20,000 nucleotides of DNA from Trichoplax sp. H2 (lineage: Eukaryota), in contig NOWV01000137.1 of the NCBI GenBank assembly GCA_003344405.1, positions 183,852-203,851 on the forward strand, read 5' to 3'. A model generated the notes under the pieces. The model saw only the letters and a program-made list of their open reading frames with translations, was not told the origin of the DNA and did no database searches. Both the position numbers and the translations under genes were made by a program. Positions 10,301-20,000 of this stretch are shown one piece after another; the first letter of the stretch is position 1, and each line of letters begins with the position of its first letter.

Positions 10301-12429
10301 ATACTTGAAGCCATACTTGACCAACCTACTTGGATATTATCCCTGTTAAACTTGCCTTTCGTGTTTGTTTTCACGCGGTGGCTAATTCAAGATTGTATTC
10401 TTAGCCCAAGAATACAAGTATCGACAAGCAAAACTCTTAGCATTAATTTATGTCAATCTTTAATCTATGAGTTATCAGAGTCTTGATTGGGTGATCTCTG
10501 AATCCTTGGAATAATTGAAAATTGCCTTTTAAGAAATCTTCAAGCTTCAATAACATAGCAGAAATTATTCCATCTCCCCAATTTTCTATACTTTTAGTTG
10601 GTTTCCAGCCATCGATAAAGTGCCAATTTTTATTGGGAATTGATCTAACTCGTATAACGTACTCGTATCGTCCGTCAATCAGAAAGAAGATTAGGTAAGA
10701 ACGAAATAAGTTTTTTTACTGCTATCGTTTTATATCCCTCTTTTCTCTATTTTAAAGTGTTCAAAGCTCGTCCATGAACTTAGTCTATTTGCTAATGTTT
10801 TCATATATCTTTCTGGCTTTTAATTGAAATTTATCATTATTTTCCACTTTCATTTTATGAATACGTTATTGGTAATATACCATAGCAAAATAGATATTTT
10901 GATTTTTTTCAATTAAACCTATCCATTATTGCTTATATCCAGATATTCTTAAGTATCATTATTAGAAAGGTTGAACAAGCCAATTTTTTATCCAATAAAT
11001 TACAGTCTTCTGACCGATTTTATTGTACAGTATTGTAATTGCATATTACTGTTGCTCATCGATTGTAACGAAAACGATTGGAAATGACTTTAATTATAGA
11101 TTATTTTTCTATTCTGACATTTTGCCTTGACTCGATCTCACCCTATGCTGTTACTATCAATAATTACTTAGCAGATCAATATGATATTCAATTATGTTAT
11201 TATACTATGTTGGGTATCCAAAATAAACCTTTCGAAAGACTGGAGATTGGGAACCTTTATGAAGGCTTTCTATCTTAACAAGTACCAGTACATGTATCAA
11301 AATATTTAATCATGATATATCGTAACACTGTCTGATCCTACTTTATTTCCTAGCATTATAACCAAAATTAATATTAGATTACTAATCTTTGACTGTATTG
11401 CACGTAAGCGACAACAAAAGGAAATGTACCATCGTGCGATGCCTAGATTTTATATATTTAAAATTCTACTGTCTTTGACTGTATTAAGCGCCAGCTATTT
11501 TCTTCATCACAATATCGCTTGTATAATAACATGATTAGCAATATTATCACCTTTCCATTTTCATAATTACTAGTGCTGTTGTAAAGCATCGGTAGCGAAT
11601 AAGTCTCACACCGCGTTAATTTATTAATGCTGTTCAAATATTCCACTATTCTTGAAAAGGTTGCGCTGCTAAGGATAGAATGCTTTTTATTTTAGAATTC
11701 TTCTTTGTTACAAAACAGCTATAAATTACACCATTTATGATCGATTTCATGGCAACAGTAGTGGAATAGGCTTTTATAAGGGCTATCCTTTGGCCAAAAT
11801 CCATTGACAAGATGACATTCACATCGTAGGGAATTAGAATAACGAGATGTTGTTAATCATGATTATGTTGATTAATTTGTTGGTTTATATTGTCAGTCGT
11901 AATTAATGATCTATTCATCCATTTAATTTACCATGGATAGAAGACAGTGCCAATATTGTCAATTATTAGCTATGAATTGTAAGGTCATTTCATAATTATT
12001 TCAATACTATAACGCTAAATGAGAGGTTACGTGCTATTTAAATTTGGTAATTGGAGCAGGAAAGATGTGCATTCGAATGAAGAAATGATCATTATATTCC
12101 ATTACAAGTTGATAGCTACTTTATGCTGATTCTTTCAGTCAATGGGATGGATAATGAACTTGTTCAATCTGGTGCTTGTAAACCAAGATAATACTAATAA
12201 GTTAGATAAAGAACCGAGATTGTACTTGTAGAGTTGAATTTGATTAGGTAACAAAGTTGAGCTTTCAATGGATGTTACAGAGAGTGCTTCATTTTTATTT
12301 CCTCGCAGCTTGTTGGAAACATTCTCTTATTATTTATATGCTTTAACTGTGGTGCTTTGCGAGCGAAACACACATCTACTTTAAATGTTGTAAAGACTAT
12401 TGATTCGTACTTTAGAAAATTGAGAAGTA

Positions 12430-12690
12430 GTTCTTAATTGATGTTAAATTATAATCAATTCTTGATGGTCCAGTAAGAGGCATTAGATCAATTCTATCGT
12501 CATTATAGTACAAATCTAAGTAGTAAAGATCAGATGATGGTAGCATTCATTTTCCCTAAGTTCTTAATTGACTTTTAATTATAATCATTTCTTGATAATG
12601 TGAACGGCAATAGATCAACTCTTTCATCATTATATTACCAATTTAAGTAGTGAAAATCAGATGATATTAGCGCTCACCTTCTTTAGTTAA
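12430..12690. repeat. Diverged direct tandem duplication, 2 x ~130 bp
   Basis: gttcttaattga...aattataatca.ttcttgat...tagatcaa.tct...tcattata...taagtagt...atcagatgat..tagc occurs starting at 12430 and again at 12560. Confidence 0.88.
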
Positions 12691-15600
12691 TTGAATTTGA
12701 TATAAGCGGTAAGTTTTTCCTTTATATCGCTTAACATATCAACAGTAATTTGTTGATAGTTAGAGTGGATAATGTAGGCTATCATTCTATTTGTAATCAT
12801 ATCTTTAATTTCTCGTAAGTTCATTTTGGGCAGACAGTTAAATGGATTAATATATTTTGAAGATATTGATACAAATGAGATGGGGTTCTGATCGTGTTGG
12901 CCTCGGCAAATTTGTTCATTATTTTTGAGATTCAAAGTTTGAAATCATCAAGAGATTATTAGTTCTAGCCCCAATCATTTTATTACTAAGGATCTATTTT
13001 TATTATTACTAGAGTTTACGGATAGCGGTTTTAATTCACGTTACTTTCATTTATTCATATTTTCCCTCCATTTATCTAAGCAGCCAACTTAACTGTCTTC
13101 CTTGTCGCTTTTATATAGTTTAAACCAATCATACGAATACTTATCTTTAGCAATTCATTCCACATTCTTAAGACCTAATGTTACATAAGCCTGTATTTAG
13201 ATACATCATGTTTAGATTTGATTTGTTTGCGGTTATGCAGTGGTTTATATTCATTTTATTAGTATTATTTCTATAATTATGTACAACGTTCATTTAGTCC
13301 CATAAACATCTTGGTTATCGTTATCAGATTTCTATCATTCAAAGCCAGTTAATAATTTCATTCCAAACTTCTTTATTAATTTATCAGCGACAATTCTAGT
13401 TACATTATGGGCTTAGAACGGTCAGGATTTCAAATTCATTGCGATATTTTCCTATAACAGGCTTAATTTACTTCGTGATCGGTTTCATTTTCTATTCCAT
13501 AAGGTACCGTAATCAACTTACTAAACTAGAAAGTTTTACCTTAGAGGGGAATTTCAGTCGTGCTTATTTGGCGATAGTAACTATTTTTACCAGTTTATCA
13601 CCGTTCAGTTTCTGTCTTTTCAAGACTTGAAGCTTTTGAAACGAGATTTATTGATATTGTGGGCTTACGCATATAGTAGAATTGAATAGTGAATAAATTT
13701 TTAGTAATGAATGAACGCGAAATATAGCCATACAAAGTAACTATTTCTCGTCGCGATAGATGGCACGGCGGTATTAAAAATTTATAAAGTTCAAAGTCTT
13801 GTTTTGGCATGATAGTTAGTATACATATGGAGGCAAGATCCTCTTTCTTTACTTATTGACCATTCTAACTCATAGATGACTAATTGCTATTCACTCTTTG
13901 GATAGTCCAAACAATAAACCACACAGAAAAAGTTGACATGAAGATCTATTTCTTATTCGTCAATATCTTTATGATTACTCAGTACTTTTGTAATAGTATT
14001 CTCTATTCTACCATCCGTTCAATGGGGTCACATTATCATTCTTAGAGTCTTGTGAGTTATTTCACGCCTTAATTATTTCGAGACCGGTTTAGACGCCGTG
14101 TATTACGCGCGAATTTCCATTCCTCCTAGGATAGAGACTCTGCAACAGCAGATTATTTCATGAAGGATATTCTCATTGGATAAAATCGTAATGACCTTAT
14201 TCGATATTGAAAATCAGCTATATTGGGATATTACTCCATTAATGGCGATAATTGCTTGAATCTAGCAATATCAGTGAATGTATATTGATCTATAATTAGT
14301 TTCTATTTCCCTTCATATCATCATCTGAACTCCCGACGTAGGAAATTGATTATTCATTTATCGACTCAAAATAACCTCATCTTCCGTCGAAGAAATCTTA
14401 ATATAGAAAGATCAGGGTTTTAGATGTTGCCGATTGATTTAGATATGGACTAAATGAATGAGTAAATCAACATTATTGGAAGAATTTCCTCTTTTATTTA
14501 TTTCTTTCATGCCATCTTGCCTACTTACAACTGCTGTATTTGTCGGTTAGTTCCTGGTCGTGGCTTCTGTTAACCCGATTGTTTTAATTTCTTTTCGATC
14601 TAACTAGGTGAGCAACTATCTATTATAATCCCCCTCCCTGATTAGATTGCTTACATCCTAGACCGTTGTCCTAGTTTTCTATCGTCAATTTAACCTTGAG
14701 CTGATCTTTCGACACTTAACATTAATCGCCGATTAACCATATGTCGTTTATTCCTTATGTACTACAATTTACCTCGTATTGAAGTTATAATACTAGTAAC
14801 GCCAACGACTTCCTTATTGCCATCATTCTGCTCTACATAAAGGGATTTTCCAGCGTTACAGCTACTGTTCTTTTAAATTGATCGCCTAGTATTCCATCTT
14901 TAGTCTAACATTTTATTTACATTGAAACAATCGTCGATCATTATCACCTCATAGCCATTTATTCCAATTTTTCTTTATCAGGAGATTCTTAGCGCTTCAT
15001 TGACAGAATAGACAGGCATTTCCAGGAATATTGTAAATTTTCTATTTGTTTCAATGATTCCATCCTCTTTAACCATAGATGGGGCTTTGTTTCTACTGTG
15101 TTATTGTCTTCTATCTATTATGCCGTCTGATTTGAGGAAGTAGAGGACAGAAATTGGCGATTTATTTCAACCGCTATTTTTACTCTATCATCAATCACTA
15201 GATATAAAATTTACTCCTAATTTTAAACCATATTCCAGTGATCATTTATTTCACTCAATTGCTCTTTCTGACTTGATAGTTATGACTTCTTACAACGGTA
15301 GAAATCAATTCTTAATCATTTTGCCAAGTTAAAGCAGAACTTGCTAATAGTCAAAAGATTGTAAACTTCAATATTTTGTTTTACTGGATAAATTTCTAAT
15401 CGGTATCAAATTTGTTTTCACTATTTCCAAATTGATGTGTATGAAGGTTAATATTGCAGGATAGATAAGGTACAGGCTCATTTTTACATAAGCTACTAAA
15501 TGTTTTAGCGACTAGAATTTTCAATTGCATAAACTCAAGAATTAGACATCAGTTTGCTTAGCTTATGTAATTACAAACATTGACAAAGTGCATATTACAT

Positions 15601-17379
15601 GAGTCTTTAGGTTACAATTTCATGCCATTGGATAAGTAATCTACGCGCTATATTTTTCTTATTTTCCTGTTTCAATGTTGAACAATATATCATCATTAAT
15701 GCTATTAAATTTAGATACAGTTTCAATCTTAGAAGATGGAAAGATATTTAAGTCACTTCTTACATCTGTTTTTCACTGCCTACACCGCACCTTGAACATC
15801 AGTTAGTCAAATTAAAATCGTCCTTTTTCTTTAGTAACAACATATCAACTTGTGTAGTATCATTAGAAGAAACTTATTTTACTCAAATCATTATTCTAGA
15901 AATAATATTTGTTATTGTTGCTTTTTTTAACGGATATTTTTATCAACATTATTACTATAGACTAGTTACGTTATCATATTACTTAAGGTGCATTGCTACA
16001 ACTATTTATTTAATGTGGTATAGTTCAAGCCTTGAATAGATCATTCTGTTAGGATACGGTTACTGTAATTATTTTACTAATCAGTTATCAGCTGCCTTAT
16101 TATTCTTGTTATCGTATTTTATTTCAGAGCAATCAGCTGACTATCAACGTTCTTGTTCTATCTCTTTTAAAAATTTTAATTGTAACAGACTCAATGATAT
16201 AAATAGGATATAATTTTACTTTAAATAAGATACTGCCATTAAATATTCTGATTGTATTGGTATTCTAAACTTTAATACTATTTATGATAGGTTGGCTATT
16301 TATTTTGTAAATGATACTTTTATTACTGCAAGTTAAAGCTGCTATACGATCTACATCAGCCACCGATCCTAATGACTCCGTAATCTATCAATCAATCGAT
16401 CTTAATCATTTTATTGGCTATTACTGAAAGAATCGATATTGTACAGTATAATTATAGAGCTAAAGCGGAACCGTAAATCGAAAGTATTAAGAAGTTTACC
16501 AGTGATAATTTTTCAAAGATATTTTATAGTAGATTAACATTTTGGCTAAATCTAAATCACAATACTATCGGTTCTGGGTACATCTATTCAAATCAATTCA
16601 ATTAGAGTCAAAGGGTGACTTGGATTGAATATTACCGCAAATAATCCATCTACTTATCAATTCTTCATAAAATCGAACAGCGGACATCAAGTATAAACAA
16701 GAAATCCACCAACTTCGCCTAGCAATACTTTAATTCCTTTGCTAATGCAAGTCGCTAATCTTGGAATGACCATTTCTTTTAAATTATAACTCTGCATTGG
16801 TAACTGTAATAATACTTTAGAATCGGTATCTTCAACTTAATTTCAATTTCTATAACTTCCAATGCTAATTTGGACTCGAAATAGTTTCTTTAAACTTTAA
16901 TATCTTAACGTAGCATTTCTTAAGCAAGAATTTAAGGAAATTGTAGAGCTACATCAGGTGTTCAATAATTTATGATATTTTATTATAGTTTAATAACTGA
17001 TGTGTCAATTTCGACCCAAAGCTAACACGAATATAATAATATCATTGCTATATTAATCAATATTCTTTAAGATTTCTGTAGTCACTAATTCAATATTAAT
17101 TGCAATTTGTATTAATTATAAGTCCATAACTCGATTTTTAGCTATTGATGAAAAAACTTAATTATTACCTCCGATATAGTAACTTGAACGGTAATTATTA
17201 TTTCACCATTTAAACTCCCAAGAAATTAGTCTATTTTAGCTATAGGACTGGATTTTGAATACAATTATTTGATATTGTCAATTTTAATACTTAATTAAAG
17301 AGTTTAAGCTTACTTTTCTGACATCATTTGTTGAACCTGATTCAAGTAAAACATTGGTAGATTGATTTAAACTGCAATC

Positions 17380-18543
17380 ATGGACAACCTTACCATCCAA
17401 TCAACAACCAAACCTATTGACCAATTTAAACTTAATTCCTATGTTACAAAACGGCAGATATATGGTTTTGGTATTACCTTTTCCATTATTGCAGTAGCCT
17501 GTGTCATCTCAAATTTGATCATGATATTAGCTATTATACGCAATCGCTACCGCAACATGTGGACTGTAACTAACTACTATATCTTCAATATGGCTCTGGT
17601 CGATTTATTGACAGGATCAATAGTCATTCCATGTCGAACTGCTCAGTTTGCGTTCCTCTATTGGTTTCTGGGTCGATTTTTGTGTGTTATTCATATTACT
17701 GTTGAGAAACTGTTATTTTGCTGCAGCATCTACACGTTAACATTAATGGCATTTGCACGATATCAAGCTATTGTTAACCCGTTAAACAGCAATTATCACT
17801 TCAAAGGAGCGCTTTGGAGATTAGGAGTAATCTGGTTACTCTCCATTGCTTCTTGTATACCGTTAATAATTCATATGCCGTTTCAAGTTTATACCTTAAA
17901 AAGACCCTATATACTAAGCAATCACGATTGTCAACCTACATTTAGATCAAGAGAGGAATCCGAGCTCTACTTACGAATCTATTATGCTTTATTCATGTTT
18001 TTCGCTTTCTTTTTGCCTTTAATTATTATTTCTTATTGCTATTTTAAAATCTATCAAACTTTACGTAACCGTAAGCGTGATTCGACATTAAAGTCGACAA
18101 TGAAGAATTATTCCAAATCGATCAAGCGAACAAATAGAAAAGTGATCCATATGTTATTGACCATTACCGTCCTATTTTTTATAAGCTGGTTTCCACATAA
18201 CTTTTCAATTATACTTTTAAATGTTGCCGGTCTAAATAAGGTTTGGATTAAAAGTTATAAAGATTACCTTAGTTATATCAATATTGGTCAGACGGGCAAG
18301 GTTTTATCCTATTTAAACAGTTGCCAAAACTTTTTTGTCTGCTTGATATTTAATAAGTCATTCCAAGATGCCATTGCTGACATTTTAACTTTGGGTTATT
18401 ATAAGAGAACGGAGTCGTTGTTTAGTTATCAAGCAAGCAATTTGAGCTCAACTCATCGTGTCAATGACCATGCTGAATTAACTCGCAATGAATCTTTGCC
18501 GGAAAAGAATCCTCTTGGGTCTGACGCACCAACCCATGTATAA
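17380..18543 (+). CDS. Intronless class A (rhodopsin-like) 7TM GPCR, neuropeptide-receptor-like orphan, 387 aa
   Basis: Seven hydrophobic segments with class A landmarks: TM1 SN, TM2 NMALVDL, ECL1 WFLGRFLC, TM3 ARYQAIVNP, TM4 W..S...P, ECL2 Cys, TM5 FFLPL..I..CY, TM6 FFISWFP, TM7 YLNSCQNFFVC and helix 8 NKSFQ. There is an N-terminal NLT sequon and a good start context (atcATGG). Confidence 0.95.
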   Translation: MDNLTIQSTTKPIDQFKLNSYVTKRQIYGFGITFSIIAVACVISNLIMILAIIRNRYRNMWTVTNYYIFNMALVDLLTGSIVIPCRTAQFAFLYWFLGRFLCVIHITVEKLLFCCSIYTLTLMAFARYQAIVNPLNSNYHFKGALWRLGVIWLLSIASCIPLIIHMPFQVYTLKRPYILSNHDCQPTFRSREESELYLRIYYALFMFFAFFLPLIIISYCYFKIYQTLRNRKRDSTLKSTMKNYSKSIKRTNRKVIHMLLTITVLFFISWFPHNFSIILLNVAGLNKVWIKSYKDYLSYINIGQTGKVLSYLNSCQNFFVCLIFNKSFQDAIADILTLGYYKRTESLFSYQASNLSSTHRVNDHAELTRNESLPEKNPLGSDAPTHV

Positions 18544-20000
18544 GCTGAAAAATGAAAATAGAAAGCATGGTACAGCTGTTTTGGCTAATGAAACTCTTTT
18601 AATAATTAGCTTACTTCTAATGGAATGTCATATCCTTCATTCGTGGCTATGAAAAAAGCGATAACTCTCTTTTAACGTTCAAGTAGAATTGAATAACCTT
18701 GAAAGAAATATTACGAAGAGTAACAGCACAGATAATTTACAAGTTCCTTTTCACTACTTGCGCTAGATTAACTTTTTTACAAATGGGAAGTTTAGGCCCT
18801 ATATCAGTTTCGCCCTATTTCGAGGTAAAAGTAAAATGAAACTTAGCTTAGACTAATTAAAGCATGGACATAGTAAATGATTTACATGAATTGATCCGAT
18901 AATACTCTTGTAATCATTTATTATCGAAAATAGTTACATGCAGTAGATATTGCACATGTTCGCATCCGTTTTTACGTAGATAATTGATTGAATATGACAT
19001 TGAAATCTTAAAATTCCGATTGTAGATGAATGCCTGATTTTAGCTTTATTTTTCGGTATAGAATAAGCAATAATTATGAATTAATCAGCTGATAGATATT
19101 TTCAATCTTTAATCATAGCTTTCAATTAATAATCTTTGATAATCTCTGTTACGACAACACATCTAAATGTAATGACTAAATTTTTATCTCTCTCACGTAT
19201 ACAGTATGATTTTTAAAACCAATTATATGCAATATATTAGTATAGAATAACATATTGTAAGAAGGATTAGGTAATCGAATGCACTTTATATCACCAATTT
19301 ATAGTAGGATATGTTTATCCAAACACTTCCAGATGTTATTGAAGATACTTCATATTTTAATCTGCTCTATTTATCACGATTGCATTATATCTATCTATAT
19401 TAAATAGGGATAATTTAATCTGTATTAATCAATAATAAATAGAATCTACGCAGTCATCACATACAATAGTTGTCGTGATTAACTATTGATGTAAATGGCA
19501 TGATTTATTACCGCTAGAAGCCAAGACTTCATATTAATACTGATTCGAATTTTCTATCCAGTTATAGTTAAGCTTATACGATTGTATGGATTATAAGTTT
19601 TTCCTAGAACTTATAGTATACTGTAAGTAGAGTAATATCTAGTCAATAGGCTATGTTCAAATAAAGCGTTATAGTGGTACTGAGATTGGAGCTCAATTCT
19701 AATCTAGCAGCAACGAGCTTATCTTGTCGTCTTTATTAATGGCGTCTTTATCACCATAGATACTTTAATTTGGCAAGGTACCAAAGTGTACATCACTCTT
19801 AAAATACCGTAGTTTAACAACTAGATATGGTTAATTGCAATATTAAACTCATTTAGGGAGAACAGAATCAAGGTGAAAATAAGGAATGCTAGAATTATCT
19901 TACAATTGTACGAAGCGTAAATAACTACTATCAATATTAAAATGAGATATTAAAATAATGGGCTAGAATTTTCTTTGAATTATTCCACATAATAATACAA

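Noticed and set aside
5268..13810. Short 60-82 aa ORFs across the intergenic region
   Set aside because: Their I/L/N/Y/F-rich composition is typical of random AT-rich DNA. Several start at TTG, and none shows a recognisable domain or splice chain.
22..18543. Functional link between SLX4 and the GPCR as a 'system'
   Set aside because: They are eukaryotic neighbours 13 kb apart with unrelated functions. Adjacency alone is not evidence.

Overview
Eukaryotic, AT-rich animal-type genomic DNA. Short GT-AG introns and an intronless peptide-receptor-like GPCR fit an early-branching metazoan such as a placozoan, but the taxon is inferred, not established. The window has two genes in divergent orientation. 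(1) On the minus strand (about 3945 to <22) is a multi-exon SLX4/BTBD12/FANCP homolog, the structure-specific nuclease scaffold. I assembled it by hand into 9 phase-compatible exons of about 840 aa, with the order UBZ zinc fingers, MLR, BTB, SIM-rich linker and MUS81-binding SAP-like motif; the gene runs off the left edge. (2) On the plus strand (17380-18543) is a single-exon class A GPCR with altered DRY and NPxxY switches. Between them lie a TACAG/CTGTA palindrome-rich array just upstream of SLX4, an unexplained ~0.85 kb less AT-rich block, and about 12 kb of apparently non-coding DNA with a diverged 130-bp tandem duplication. I found no convincing new multi-gene system. The best leads are the unusual SLX4 architecture (three UBZ fingers, compact) and the non-canonical GPCR.
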